NCBI GenBank assembly: GCA_050250895.1
Contig: JBFWNU010000001.1
Coordinates: 3,552,149-3,616,148 of the forward strand
DNA: 64,000 nt
Reading direction: 5' to 3'
Origin: Vulcanimicrobiota bacterium
GTDB taxonomy: Bacteria > Vulcanimicrobiota > Xenobia > Xenobiales > JADMJV01
Under the pieces are notes generated by a model. It was not told where the DNA came from. It saw nothing but the letters and a program-made list of their open reading frames with translations, and did no database searches. The translations under genes were made by a program, and so were the position numbers. Each line of letters opens with the position of its first letter. Position 1 is the stretch's first letter. Positions 27,744-37,911 of the stretch are shown here, in pieces.

Positions 27744-28406
27744 TCACGGCGTGAGCAAGTCTTGAGCCCGATTGCGATCGCCCACCACCACCATCAGATC
27801 CTGGCGTCGAATTACCTCGGCAGCGGCCGGCGACACCACCGTGTCGTCGCCCCTGCGGATGGCCACCACCGTCAAGCCAAAGCGACTGCGCAGGTCCAAC
27901 TCTTGCAGGGTACACCCAGCAAAGTGGGCGGGAGCCTGCAACTCGAACATCGAGTGTTGAACGGTGAGGGGAACGACCTCGACGAAGTCGCGGGGGGCCA
28001 GAAAATCACGGGCCAGACGCAGGGCCACCTCGCGTTCGGGAAAGATGACCCGGTCGGCCCCGATGCGCTCGAGCACGCGGCCGTGGAGGGCGTTGGCAGC
28101 CTTGGCCACCAGATTCTTCGAGCCGTGCTCCTTGAGCAACAGCACGGTCATGAGGCTGGCTTCGATGTCGCTTCCGACAGCACAGACGGTGGCGTCGAAC
28201 TGATCGACTCCCACCTCGCGCATCACTTTTTCGTCGGTCGAGTCGGCCACGGCCGAGTGGATCAGGCGGTCGGCCACCTCCGAGACGGCTTCCTGGCGTA
28301 CATCCATCCCCATCACCTCGGCACCGAGTTCGGTGAGGGACAACGCCAGACTGCGTCCGAACCGACCCAGGCCAATGACCAATACTTGCAACGGTTTATC
28401 TTTCAT
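27744..28406 (-). CDS. ktrA: TrkA/KtrA potassium uptake NAD-binding subunit
   Basis: VIGLGRFG Rossmann motif, IGADRVIFPERE, TrkA-C domain; ATGA overlap with ktrB stop. Confidence 0.92.
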   Translation of the reverse strand: MKDKPLQVLVIGLGRFGRSLALSLTELGAEVMGMDVRQEAVSEVADRLIHSAVADSTDEKVMREVGVDQFDATVCAVGSDIEASLMTVLLLKEHGSKNLVAKAANALHGRVLERIGADRVIFPEREVALRLARDFLAPRDFVEVVPLTVQHSMFELQAPAHFAGCTLQELDLRSRFGLTVVAIRRGDDTVVSPAAAEVIRRQDLMVVVGDRNRAQDLLTP

Positions 28407-29773
28407 CCTATGGCTACGTCCTCCGGAGGATACTTGATGGCCTGCTTCTGTGCCTCTTGATGCAGCAGACTGATGGCCAGGGTCAGCGGGCCCACCCGTC
28501 CGGCCAGCATGGCCAGACAAATCAGCAGCCTGGAAGGGGTGCCTAGAGTGGCCGTGATCCCGGTCGACAACCCGACCGTGGCCAGGGCCGAGGTCGCCTC
28601 GAAGAGCACCCGGTCGAAATCGTGAGGCTCGAGATAGTTCAATACCACCGACAACAGCCAAACCGAGGCCGCAGCCACCACCACCAGGGCCACCGACTGC
28701 AGGATCCGCGGCGTGGGAATTGAGCGGCCGTGGGCCTCGACCTGGTCGCGTCCCCGCGTCTGGGCCAGGGCGGCCAACAGTAGGATGGCCAGGGTGGTGG
28801 TTTTGATGCCCCCTGCGGTGGAGCCGGGAGAGCCGCCCACGAACATCAGAAAAACCATCCATTCCAGCGTTTCGCTTCGCACGGCGCTGAGATCGAGGGT
28901 GTTGAAACCAGCCGTGCGCGTGGTCACCGACTGGAAGAAGCTGGCTGTGATCCGAGTTGCCGGCGTAAGCTCGGCTAGCGTTGCGGCGTTGTCGTATTCA
29001 AAGCAGTAAAATCCGAGGGCACCAGTCACGATCAGCCCGGCCGAAACCCACAGCACCAGATAGGCGTGCAGGCTCAGGCGAACCTTCCGGCCCCGACCGT
29101 ATTGAAAGACATCCGCGCAAACCAGATAGCCCAGGCTGCCCACCACGATGAGAGCCATCACCACCAGGTTGACGGGAACATTGGCCACATCGGCCGAGAG
29201 ACTATCGCTCCAAATCGAAAAGCCAGCGTTGCAGAAGGCCGAGACCGAGTGAAAGACAGCCGCCCAGAGGGCCTCGCCCGCGGGCAGACGCTGGGACCAA
29301 AGCGCGAACAGCAGGATCGCGCCCACCAGCTCGCAACCCAGCGTAAACACCATCACCCTCTGGGTCAGCTGGGCCGCTCCCGAAAGGGAGAGACCCGGCA
29401 TGAACTGTTGCAGGGCAACCCGCTCGCGCAACCCCAGACGCCCCCCCAATAAGGTCAGCAGGGCGCTCGACCACAGCATGATGCCTAAACCGCCCAATTG
29501 GAACAGCAGCAGGATCACGGCCTGACCGGCCAGCGAATAGTCGGTGGCGGTGTCGACCACGGCCAGACCGGTTACGCACACGGCCGAGGTCGAGGTGAAG
29601 AGCGCCTCGAGCCAGCCAACCTTGTTGCTGGCATGGCAGACGGGCAGGCTCAGCAAAAGGGTTCCCAGACCGATCAGCGCCAGGAAGCTCAGCACCATCA
29701 GTTGCGATGGGCTGAGGTCTGGCCATGAATTCTTGCGCCGGCGGGCCGGCACCGGCATGATCGACTGCGGCAA
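28403..29773 (-). CDS. ktrB: TrkH/KtrB potassium uptake membrane subunit
   Basis: TSAVCVTGL, SAFCNAGF, TRTAGF, GSTAGGIK, ATVGLS pore loops; TTG start with AGGAG. Confidence 0.93.
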   Translation of the reverse strand: MPQSIMPVPARRRKNSWPDLSPSQLMVLSFLALIGLGTLLLSLPVCHASNKVGWLEALFTSTSAVCVTGLAVVDTATDYSLAGQAVILLLFQLGGLGIMLWSSALLTLLGGRLGLRERVALQQFMPGLSLSGAAQLTQRVMVFTLGCELVGAILLFALWSQRLPAGEALWAAVFHSVSAFCNAGFSIWSDSLSADVANVPVNLVVMALIVVGSLGYLVCADVFQYGRGRKVRLSLHAYLVLWVSAGLIVTGALGFYCFEYDNAATLAELTPATRITASFFQSVTTRTAGFNTLDLSAVRSETLEWMVFLMFVGGSPGSTAGGIKTTTLAILLLAALAQTRGRDQVEAHGRSIPTPRILQSVALVVVAAASVWLLSVVLNYLEPHDFDRVLFEATSALATVGLSTGITATLGTPSRLLICLAMLAGRVGPLTLAISLLHQEAQKQAIKYPPEDVAIG

Positions 29774-29847
29774 AAATTGCTCCTAACGAACAGGCCGGCT
29801 TTGGTTCGGGAGCGCTCTTTTCCTTCTAAAACTGTGCGGGACGCAGT

Positions 29848-31995
29848 CTAGAGCAGCTTGTCGAGGGTAATGGGCAGCTGGCGGACCCTGATACCGGTCG
29901 CGTGAAAGACAGCGTTGGCGATGGCGGGACAAACAGCGATGCCACCGATCTCGCCCAGGCCTTTGACCCCCAGGGGGTTGATATGCGGGTCATCTTCGTG
30001 GACCAGGATGATTTCCACGTCGGGCATGTCGGCATGGCAGGGAAGATGATACTCGGCCAGGTTATGATTGACGAAGCGACCGGCGAGAGGGTCCAGCTGG
30101 CTGTGTTCGAGCAGAGCCATTCCCAGTCCCCAGACCACCCCACCCAGCACCTGGCTGCGAGCGGTCTTGGGGTTGAGCACGCGGCCGGCGGCGGCGGCGT
30201 TGACCACCCGAGCCACCCGCACCGTGCCCAACTCGCGGTCGACGCGGACCTCGGCGAAGGCGGCGCCGTGAGTGTAAGTCGAAAAATCCTCGGCTTTACC
30301 GGGGGGCTGACTGGTTGCGGTCACTTCGAGCTGGCTGCCATCGAGCAGCTGCTGAAGGTCGCGCGCCCAGACTTCTTGCCGGGTTTGCTCGACGGACATT
30401 CCAGCGCGCGAGGCGAGTTCTTGCATGAGCTTGTCGCAGACCGCCTTGACGGCCGAGCCGACCGAGGCCGCCGTCATCGAGCCACCCTCGAGGGGGGCCG
30501 AGGGCAGCCGGCTGTCGCCAAGGATAAACGTGATCCGGTCGAGGGGCAGTCCGGTAAACTCGGCCGCAATTTGCGTCATGATCGTGTACGTGCCGGTCCC
30601 TATATCCGAGGTGGCGGCGCTCACCGTCAGGCGACCCGAGGGGTCGAGGACGGCTCGGGCCGAGCACTCCATCTGCATGACTTCCCAGATGCCCGTCGCC
30701 ATGCCGTAGCCGACCAGCTCATGGCCTTGTGCTAGCGACCGGGGTTGGGGTGGACGCTTGCTCCAGCCGAAGGCCTCCGCTCCCAACATATAGCATTGCT
30801 TGAGCTCCTTGCTGGAGAACGGTTTACCGGTGGCGGGGTCTTGATGGCTGTAATTGCGCAGACGTAGTTCGAGCGGGTCGAGCGACAGCTTGTAGGAAAG
30901 CTCGTCCAGGGCGCACTCGAGGGCGAACAAGCCGGTGACTCCCCCGGGTGCTCGCATGTCGAGCGGGGTGTACAGGTCGAGGGGGACGGATTGATAGGAC
31001 AGACGGACATTCGGACATTCATAGAGGGTGGCCGCCCAATCGACTACCGTTTCGGCGTACTCCTCAAATCTAGAGGTCTCGGTGATGGCCTCGTGGATGA
31101 GGGCTTCCAGCTTGCCCTCGCGATCGGCTCCCAGGGCCACGCGTTGCCAGACCTGGGGTCGGTGGCCAAACGAGAACATCTGTTGGCGGGTCAGCACCAC
31201 TCGGATCGAACGCTCCAGATTGAGGGCCGCCAGCACCGCCAGATAGAGCTGCGCCTGGGGCCGCAAGGCCGAGCCAAAGGCGCCGCCCACGTAGGGCGAG
31301 CGAAGGGTCAGGCGATCCGCTCCCAGGCCGAAGACACGCTTGAGAAAACTCGAGGTGTTGACGATGCCCTGGGTCTTGTCATAGACGGTCAGGTGACCGT
31401 CTTCTTCCCAGACGACGGTGGTGGCGTGGGGTTCCATCGGGTTGTGGTGCTCGGCCGGCTGGAAATAGGTTGCCTCGAGCTGGACTGCGGCGTGCTCGAA
31501 GGCTTTGTCGGGTTGACCGCGCGGATCCGGTGGCTCGGCATAGCCGAGCTTGCCTTTTTGGGGCGGGCGACTTCGCTCGAGATGGCTGCGCAGATCCACT
31601 TCGTGAGGCTCGGTCGCATAATCGGCCTCGACCAGACGAGCCGCCGCCCGGGCCGCCTCGAAGCTTTCGGCCACGACCAGCGCGATGGGCTGATAAGGAA
31701 AGCGAATACGATCATCGCCCAGGGGTCGGTAGGGGGAGCCGGGTGGAGCCACCATGTCACGGAACTCCTCGTCGCTGACCTGGGGCGAGTCGACGTTCTG
31801 GTGGGTAAAGACTTTGACCACGCCGGTCTGCGCCTCGGCCGCGCGGGTGTCCAGGCTGCGCAGCCTGCCTTTGCTGATGGCCGCGCTCACGATCACGCCA
31901 TAGAGCAGGCGTGCGTCGGCGAACTCCCCTGCGTAGCAGGCTTCTCCGGTGACTTTGAGGGGGCCGTCGATCCGTTTGACTTCACTTGCGATCAC
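29848..31995 (-). CDS. Xanthine dehydrogenase family Mo-binding subunit (YagR/PaoC-like)
   Basis: RIDGPLKVTGEA.YA, HNPMEPH, GGAFGS, MRAPG, DIGTGTYT, GVKGLGEIG; GTG start 31995. Confidence 0.92.
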   Translation of the reverse strand: MIASEVKRIDGPLKVTGEACYAGEFADARLLYGVIVSAAISKGRLRSLDTRAAEAQTGVVKVFTHQNVDSPQVSDEEFRDMVAPPGSPYRPLGDDRIRFPYQPIALVVAESFEAARAAARLVEADYATEPHEVDLRSHLERSRPPQKGKLGYAEPPDPRGQPDKAFEHAAVQLEATYFQPAEHHNPMEPHATTVVWEEDGHLTVYDKTQGIVNTSSFLKRVFGLGADRLTLRSPYVGGAFGSALRPQAQLYLAVLAALNLERSIRVVLTRQQMFSFGHRPQVWQRVALGADREGKLEALIHEAITETSRFEEYAETVVDWAATLYECPNVRLSYQSVPLDLYTPLDMRAPGGVTGLFALECALDELSYKLSLDPLELRLRNYSHQDPATGKPFSSKELKQCYMLGAEAFGWSKRPPQPRSLAQGHELVGYGMATGIWEVMQMECSARAVLDPSGRLTVSAATSDIGTGTYTIMTQIAAEFTGLPLDRITFILGDSRLPSAPLEGGSMTAASVGSAVKAVCDKLMQELASRAGMSVEQTRQEVWARDLQQLLDGSQLEVTATSQPPGKAEDFSTYTHGAAFAEVRVDRELGTVRVARVVNAAAAGRVLNPKTARSQVLGGVVWGLGMALLEHSQLDPLAGRFVNHNLAEYHLPCHADMPDVEIILVHEDDPHINPLGVKGLGEIGGIAVCPAIANAVFHATGIRVRQLPITLDKLL

Positions 31996-31999
31996 CTGA

Positions 32000-32986
32000 T
32001 CACTCCTCTCTGGTCGCGGCTTCGCCCAGGGCGCGCATGATGGCGCGTCGCGCCAGGTCGAGCTTGAATCGGTTGTGCTCGAGAGGGGCGGCTCCCGACA
32101 GCAGGCGGTCGGCCAGTTGGCGAAAACGGCCCGGTTCAGGACGATGGCCTTCGAGCAGTGCCTCGGCTTCGGGCAGCCGCCAGGGCTTGTGAGCCACTCC
32201 TCCGAGAGCCACCCGGCAAACGGCCACCCGGTCATCCTCGAAGACCAGGGCGGCCGCCACCGACACCAGGGCGAAAGCGTAGGACCGTCGGTCCCGCACC
32301 TTGACATAGCTCCAATGGGTGGCGAAACCGCGAGGCGGCAAAACGATCGATGTGATCAGCTCGTGGGGCTCGAGATTGTTGTCGCGCTGGGGGGTCGTGC
32401 CCGGCAACCGGTGAAAGTCGGCCATCGGCAGCCAGCGCCGCCCGTTGAGACCCTCGACCTCGATTCGGGCTTCCAGCGCGGCCAGCGCTACGCACATGTC
32501 GGAGGGATGCACGGCCACGCACTCTCGGCTGGCTCCCAGGATGGCATGTTGGCGGTTGCAGCCGTGGAGGGCACCGCAGCCACTGCCCGGTGAGCGCTTA
32601 TTGCAGGGCAAGGAAGTATCGTAGAAATAGTGACATCGGGTGCGCTGGCAGAGATTGCCGCCGTTGGTGGCCATGTTGCGCAACTGGGGCGAGGCCCCTG
32701 AGAGAATTGCCTCCCGCAGCAGCGGGTAGCGCTTGCGAACCTCGAGATGGTCGGCCGTCTCGGCGTTGGTGGCCAGGGCGCCCAGCACTAGCCACCCCTC
32801 CCGGTCGCGAATCTGGCGCAGATCCAGGCGAGTGATATCGATGACCGTCTTGGGACGAGCCACGTCTTCTTTCATGAGATCGACCAGATTGGTGCCGCCG
32901 GCGATGTACTGAGAGCCCAGGTTGTGGGCTTTGTGGCGGACCGCCTCGGCCACGGCTTCGGCTCGCTCCAGGCTAAACGTTCTCAT
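32000..32986 (-). CDS. Xanthine dehydrogenase family FAD subunit (YagS/PaoB-like)
   Basis: AGGTNLVDLMK, GASPQLRNMAT.GGN, Cys cluster for [4Fe-4S], RDRRSYAFALVS. Confidence 0.93.
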   Translation of the reverse strand: MRTFSLERAEAVAEAVRHKAHNLGSQYIAGGTNLVDLMKEDVARPKTVIDITRLDLRQIRDREGWLVLGALATNAETADHLEVRKRYPLLREAILSGASPQLRNMATNGGNLCQRTRCHYFYDTSLPCNKRSPGSGCGALHGCNRQHAILGASRECVAVHPSDMCVALAALEARIEVEGLNGRRWLPMADFHRLPGTTPQRDNNLEPHELITSIVLPPRGFATHWSYVKVRDRRSYAFALVSVAAALVFEDDRVAVCRVALGGVAHKPWRLPEAEALLEGHRPEPGRFRQLADRLLSGAAPLEHNRFKLDLARRAIMRALGEAATREE

Positions 32987-33461
32987 CTTCGTCCTCTTTC
33001 ACCAAATCCTCGACGGCCGCCAGGATGTTGTCGTAGGCCCCGCAACGGCAAAGGTTGCCGCTGAGCCATTCGCGGATTTCTTCCCGAGTGGTCGCGTGGC
33101 CCTCGGCCAGCAGGGCCACCACCGACAGGATCTGACCCGGCGTGCAATAGCCGCATTGGAAGGCGTCATGGTCGATGAAGGCTTGCTGCACACGATGAAG
33201 CTGGCCGTTTTGGGATAGCCCTTCGATGGTGGTCACCGCCTTGCCGTCACACATGGACGCCAGGGTCAGGCACGAATTGACACGTTTGCCCTCGACTAGC
33301 ACCGTGCAGGCCCCGCACTGGCCGTGGTCGCAGCCCTTCTTGGTGCCGGTCAGATGCAGCCGCTCGCGTAGCGCGTCGAGTAAAGTAACCCAGGGCTCGA
33401 GTTCGAGCTGGTGGTCCTGGCCGTTGACGGTAAGCGTCAGAGCCTGGTCGACTTTCAGCAT
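32973..33461 (-). CDS. (2Fe-2S) subunit (YagT/PaoA-like), no Tat signal
   Basis: GTKKGCDHGQCGAC, QCGYCTPG, GNLCRC. Confidence 0.94.
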   Translation of the reverse strand: MLKVDQALTLTVNGQDHQLELEPWVTLLDALRERLHLTGTKKGCDHGQCGACTVLVEGKRVNSCLTLASMCDGKAVTTIEGLSQNGQLHRVQQAFIDHDAFQCGYCTPGQILSVVALLAEGHATTREEIREWLSGNLCRCGAYDNILAAVEDLVKEDEDENV

Positions 33462-33651
33462 GGTGGTCTCCGTTCTCTTTTAACCAGGGTGACGCCGCAC
33501 GGGCCCGCGCGCCGCCTTTATCGGGATACACACCCCCTATACCAGGGTTGCCCTTTTCCGGGTTGGGATGGGGGCCCCGCATCCGGCCGGGTATTCACCC
33601 CGACAGGTAAGTCAATTCATACTGGAGGTAAGTCTACAACTGGAGATGACC

Positions 33652-33903
33652 ATGGAAAACAAAGAGCTAGAAAGAACCGGTCACAACACGTTGGCTGGCG
33701 CACTGATGGGAACCCTGCTGTTTCTGGGCGGCATCTTTTTGACCGTCTGGACCTGGGGGTTCGGCATCTTTCTGGGAGGGCCGATGATGCTTTTAGGTCT
33801 GGCCCTGCCCTTTATGGAATACAAGATGGCCAAGGAAGGCAAGAGCTGGATCGGCCGGCGCCCGGGTCGTGGCGCCCTCCGCCGACGTAAACACTCGGCC
33901 TGA
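33652..33903 (+). CDS. Small two-TM membrane protein
   Basis: GGAG SD; hydrophobic hairpin and basic tail. Confidence 0.65.
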   Translation: MENKELERTGHNTLAGALMGTLLFLGGIFLTVWTWGFGIFLGGPMMLLGLALPFMEYKMAKEGKSWIGRRPGRGALRRRKHSA

Positions 33904-33924
33904 TAACGAAAGGTAGGATTCAAC

Positions 33925-34320
33925 ATGAAAAAGGGACCTTCCCAGCCTCTGCAAGAGGCTTTCGGAAAGCTCGGCTTTCCACGTAATTTACTGGTGGCTT
34001 CGCTGTCGAGCGCCTCGGCCGAGGCGCTGGCGGGTCGGATCGAGCGACCGACCCACATCCTGACCAGCGAGCAAGAACTGGACAAAGCCCTGCAGCCGGC
34101 CGTTTTGGGAAAGCTGGCCGAAGCCTTGTTCAATGAGGGTATTACCTTGCGGGAGTTGCGGCGCGAGTTGTCGCTGGGCTATGTCATCCTGGCCGTCGCC
34201 GTGCCAGAGCGCGAACAAGCCGAGCAACTCGCGGCTTCTCTCTATAAGATGGAGGCCAGGACCATTCGCTACTTCGATGATTACGAGATCGTCGAGATTG
34301 CTCCGGCGGTGCGGCCATGA
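33925..34320 (+). CDS. Hypothetical protein (general-stress type)
   Basis: AGGA SD; 131 aa; ATGA overlap with next gene. Confidence 0.65.
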   Translation: MKKGPSQPLQEAFGKLGFPRNLLVASLSSASAEALAGRIERPTHILTSEQELDKALQPAVLGKLAEALFNEGITLRELRRELSLGYVILAVAVPEREQAEQLAASLYKMEARTIRYFDDYEIVEIAPAVRP

Positions 34321-34520
34321 CGCCCTGGAAGAACGATGACGCTCGGCGGTTGGGCGCCCGAATGGCGGTCAGTCCGCAGTATCGCGGGCGGCCGTGGCAC
34401 GAGGTTCGACCTCTCTTCAAGCCATATTGGGAATTCGCCTACGGCTATGACACCTGGAATCTGGTCAGTGAGACGGTGCGTCGGGCCTTCGAAATCGCCC
34501 CCGAGCACCCCCGCAAGTAA
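34317..34520 (+). CDS. Small hypothetical protein
   Basis: 67 aa, YRGRPWHEV..W...W..VRRAF pattern; translationally coupled. Confidence 0.6.
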   Translation: MTPWKNDDARRLGARMAVSPQYRGRPWHEVRPLFKPYWEFAYGYDTWNLVSETVRRAFEIAPEHPRK

Positions 34521-34534
34521 CAAGGAGAAACCCT

Positions 34535-35020
34535 ATGAGTATCAACCTGAAAGCACTTTTGTTGGCCCAGATGCGCGAGTTGCATCACGCTGAAGTCGAG
34601 ATGCTGGGACAACTACCTCGCATGGCCCGCGCGGCTAGCCAGCGAGAATTGCGCCGCCGTTTTGAAGATATCATGCGTGAGACGCAGGAGCGGCGCGTGC
34701 GGGTGGAAGGAAACTTCTTCGAACTCCGCGCCAAGCCGTCGGATGAGCCGGGCGAGCAAGTGATAGCCCTGGTCCGCAGCATCGATAAACTACTGCGCGA
34801 CTTGCCGCTGGGACCTGCCCGCGACACTGCCCTCATCGCGGCCGTGCGCCGGTGGGAGCAGTTTCAGATGACTGGCTACGAGTCGGCGCGCGGAATGGCT
34901 CTCGAGCTGGGACTCTTAGCCGTGGCTCGCCGCCTGGACATGAGCTACAAAGAGCAGGCTCGTGGGGATGAGCAGCTCTCGGAGTTGCTTCCCTGGGTCC
35001 AAAAGGTGATGCGAGCCTGA
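34535..35020 (+). CDS. DUF892 / YciE-YciF ferritin-like stress protein
   Basis: LHHAE..LPRMARAA..L...ETQ..RV, DTALIAA..E..GY; AAGGAG SD. Confidence 0.8.
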   Translation: MSINLKALLLAQMRELHHAEVEMLGQLPRMARAASQRELRRRFEDIMRETQERRVRVEGNFFELRAKPSDEPGEQVIALVRSIDKLLRDLPLGPARDTALIAAVRRWEQFQMTGYESARGMALELGLLAVARRLDMSYKEQARGDEQLSELLPWVQKVMRA

Positions 35021-35140
35021 GCGATTGGGCTGCGATCTTTGGTTTGCCTACGAGAGCGGAGCGGTAGCTATCCCCTGGTATCCCCTGGTTCGATTCTCGA
35101 GGCGGGCGCACACTTCGACCCCTTCCCTTAACTTAGAGAC

Positions 35141-36124
35141 GTGAACGCGATCCTTCCCAAGCACGTGTTAGGGCCTGGCCATGTGGTTCTGGTCCTTTTG
35201 TCCCTGGTCTTGCTCGAGTGGGGACGGACTCTGCTTTTACCGCTGGGAATGGCTCTGGTTCTCTTGCTCACCTTTCTGCCGGTGCGTAACCTGTGGAAAG
35301 AGAAGATTGGCCTCCCGGGCTCGGGGATCGTGGCCTTTTTGGCCTGTTTAGCCGTGCTGGCCGGTTTCTGTGGGCTGCTGTGGTTTATCTACCACTACCA
35401 CCAGGCCGAGCTGGCGCAATTGCCCCGCGACCTTTCGAGCAGTCTGAAGTCGACCGGAACCTCTGTCAAAGAAGTGACCGATCGTCTGCTCTCGCAAGCC
35501 ACCGCGCTGGAAGCGATTTTGCCAGCTCTGGCCTTCTTTTTCTTCGGACTAGTCGAGTATGATCTGTTGCGCAAACGGTTGCTGGCCGCCCTGCCGTCGC
35601 GCCAGGGCGAGGCTTTGCTCGAGCGAGTCGAGCACACCTCGAGCCTGGTCGGCATCTACTGGCTGGCCCGCACCGCCGCCGGGCTGGTGACCGGGCTGGC
35701 GGTGGGACTGGGCTGCTGGCTGCTCGATATTCCGCTGGCCTTTTTATGGGCCAGCCTGAACTTCTTGTTCAACTACATTCCCACCGTCGGATCGTTGTTG
35801 GCCTCGTTCTTGCCGGCCGCTTACATGCTGGTGCAAGAAGGTCCCGAGCAGGCCGCCCTGACACTGCTGGTGGTTGGGGGCTCGCAGATCGTGTTGGGAA
35901 CCTTCATCGACCCGCTGATTCAGGATCGATTCTTGAAGCTCTCGGCCTTTACGATCTTTCTCGCGGTGTTTGCTTTCGGCTGGATTTGGGGTCCCTGGGG
36001 GGCCCTCATCGGAGTGCCGATCACCTTTATCTTCGGCCTGCTGGCCCGCGAGTTTCCCCGCCTGGAAGCCCTGGGACTGGTGTTGGTAGGTGAAAATCAC
36101 GACGCTGGGACCAGGACCGATTGA
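35141..36124 (+). CDS. AI-2E family transporter
   Basis: Multi-TM; FNYIPTVGS, WGPWGALIGVP motifs. Confidence 0.88.
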   Translation: MNAILPKHVLGPGHVVLVLLSLVLLEWGRTLLLPLGMALVLLLTFLPVRNLWKEKIGLPGSGIVAFLACLAVLAGFCGLLWFIYHYHQAELAQLPRDLSSSLKSTGTSVKEVTDRLLSQATALEAILPALAFFFFGLVEYDLLRKRLLAALPSRQGEALLERVEHTSSLVGIYWLARTAAGLVTGLAVGLGCWLLDIPLAFLWASLNFLFNYIPTVGSLLASFLPAAYMLVQEGPEQAALTLLVVGGSQIVLGTFIDPLIQDRFLKLSAFTIFLAVFAFGWIWGPWGALIGVPITFIFGLLAREFPRLEALGLVLVGENHDAGTRTD

Positions 36125-36180
36125 CCTGGGTCATACCCGGCTCGGAGCCGCCGAGATAAGCTCATGGAGGAGGTGCAGTC

Positions 36181-36270
36181 ATGCCGAACATTACGAAGGT
36201 TGATCCGCTGGCGGATTGGTACATCGCCGACCAGATCGCCGAAGGCCTCTGTTTTACCGTCGACGACTAG
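36181..36270 (+). CDS. 29-aa acidic small peptide MPNITKVDPLADWYIADQIAEGLCFTVDD
   Basis: Strong SD GGAGGAGG 7 nt upstream; mostly G/C third positions; below ORF-track cutoff. Confidence 0.55.
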   Translation: MPNITKVDPLADWYIADQIAEGLCFTVDD

Positions 36271-36306
36271 GTTCCCCATCGACTTCGGTGGAAGGGGTAA
36301 CCAGCC

Positions 36307-37911
36307 ATGAAGACCCACAGCACCGGAGCTCTCACCGTCGAGGAGCGTCGCCAACAGGATACTCGCTACGCCACCAATCCCACCTATGACGTGGTGGTGG
36401 TGGGTACCGGTATGGCCGGGCTCACGGCCGCGGCCCTGCTGGCCAAGAGCGGCCGCAAGGTGTGCATGCTCGAGGCTCACGACATTCCCGGCGGTTATGT
36501 CCACTCGTTTCGCATGGGCGATTTCCACTTCTGCGCCCAGATTCACTACATCTGGGGCGCCGGCCGGGGCGACCGGGTCTGGCGCTTTCTCGAAAAGCTC
36601 GGCCTGGAACAAGACATCCTCTTCGAATCGCTCGACCCCGATGGCTACGATCACATCATTCTGCCCGACCGCAAGCGGGTAAAGATCCCCAACGGTTTCG
36701 AACAGTTGGCCCAGAACATCGAGGCCGCCTATCCCGGCCAGGGCGAGGCCGTGAGGCGCTTCACCCACATTCTCGACAAACTCTCGGACGAGGTCCGCCA
36801 ACTTCCCTCCGAGATCCACTGGTGGCAGTATCTCACCCGCGGCTGGCGCTTTCTTACGCTGCTGCGCTACCACCGCAAGACCTTACAAGAGGTCTTCGAG
36901 GAATGCGGCCTGAGTCGTGAGGCTCAAGCAGTCTTGATCGCCAACTCGGGAAACTTTATGTGCCCGCCCCGGGACCTCTCGATTCTGGCCTACAACGGTC
37001 TCTTTTCAGGCTACAATCGGGGAGCCTACTATCCCCGGCGCCATTTCCGCTACTTCATCGACCGCCTGGTCGAGTTCATCGTCAGCCACGACGGTTGCCA
37101 CGTTTACTATGAAGAGGAAGTGACCGGCATCAAGCTCGCGGGCGAGCGGGTCGAGTCGGTCACCACGGCCGGTGGCAAGACCTTCGCCGCTCCCCTCGTG
37201 TTGTGCAACGCCGACCCCCAGAAGATGTCGCACTTGATCGGGCGTGACCAGTTTCCAGCCTCGGCGTTGCCCGCCCTGAGTTATGACTATTCGTGGACAG
37301 CGGTCACGGTCTACCTGGGCCTGAAAGACATCGACCTGCGCGAGTACGGCTTTGGTCGCCACAATACCTGGCATCTCGAGCAGTGGGACCTCAACCAGAC
37401 CTGGGACGAGGCCATGCGCGCCGACTGGAGCAAGCCGTGGATGTTCATGGCCACCCCCAGTCTGCATACACGCGAAGAGGGCACCACCCCGGAGAATGGT
37501 CAGATTCTAGAACTGGCCACTGGAGCCGATTACGATCACTTTCGCCGGTTGCGCGAGACGGACCCCAAAGCCTATCGGGCCGAAAAGAAGAAGGTCGAGC
37601 AAAAGTTGATCGACCTGGTCGAAGACCACCACGTGCCCGACTTGCGAAAGCATATCGCCCTGCATGTGGCCGGCTCGCCCACCACCAACGAGGACTATTG
37701 CTACGCTCCCCGAGGTCACGCTTATGGACAGCACCTGACCCCCAAAAACATGGGCCTGGGCAGACTGAGGGCCCAGACCCCCTGGAAGAATTTTTTCTGG
37801 TGCAACGCGGCCAGCGGCTACCCCGGCGTCAACGGCACCATCGGAACCGGCATGCAACTCTACATGGACCTCACGGGAGATCGCTTCTGGGACCCGAGCC
37901 AGGACTTGTGA
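36307..37911 (+). CDS. Phytoene desaturase/retinol saturase-like FAD oxidoreductase
   Basis: DVVVVGTGMAGL..E...PGGY, GAYYP, GSPTTNEDY, PGVNG. Confidence 0.85.
   Translation: MKTHSTGALTVEERRQQDTRYATNPTYDVVVVGTGMAGLTAAALLAKSGRKVCMLEAHDIPGGYVHSFRMGDFHFCAQIHYIWGAGRGDRVWRFLEKLGLEQDILFESLDPDGYDHIILPDRKRVKIPNGFEQLAQNIEAAYPGQGEAVRRFTHILDKLSDEVRQLPSEIHWWQYLTRGWRFLTLLRYHRKTLQEVFEECGLSREAQAVLIANSGNFMCPPRDLSILAYNGLFSGYNRGAYYPRRHFRYFIDRLVEFIVSHDGCHVYYEEEVTGIKLAGERVESVTTAGGKTFAAPLVLCNADPQKMSHLIGRDQFPASALPALSYDYSWTAVTVYLGLKDIDLREYGFGRHNTWHLEQWDLNQTWDEAMRADWSKPWMFMATPSLHTREEGTTPENGQILELATGADYDHFRRLRETDPKAYRAEKKKVEQKLIDLVEDHHVPDLRKHIALHVAGSPTTNEDYCYAPRGHAYGQHLTPKNMGLGRLRAQTPWKNFFWCNAASGYPGVNGTIGTGMQLYMDLTGDRFWDPSQDL

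Noticed and set aside
29774-29847. c-di-AMP riboswitch upstream of ktrB
   Set aside because: The intergenic space is only ~74 bp and no ydaO-like structure is recognisable.
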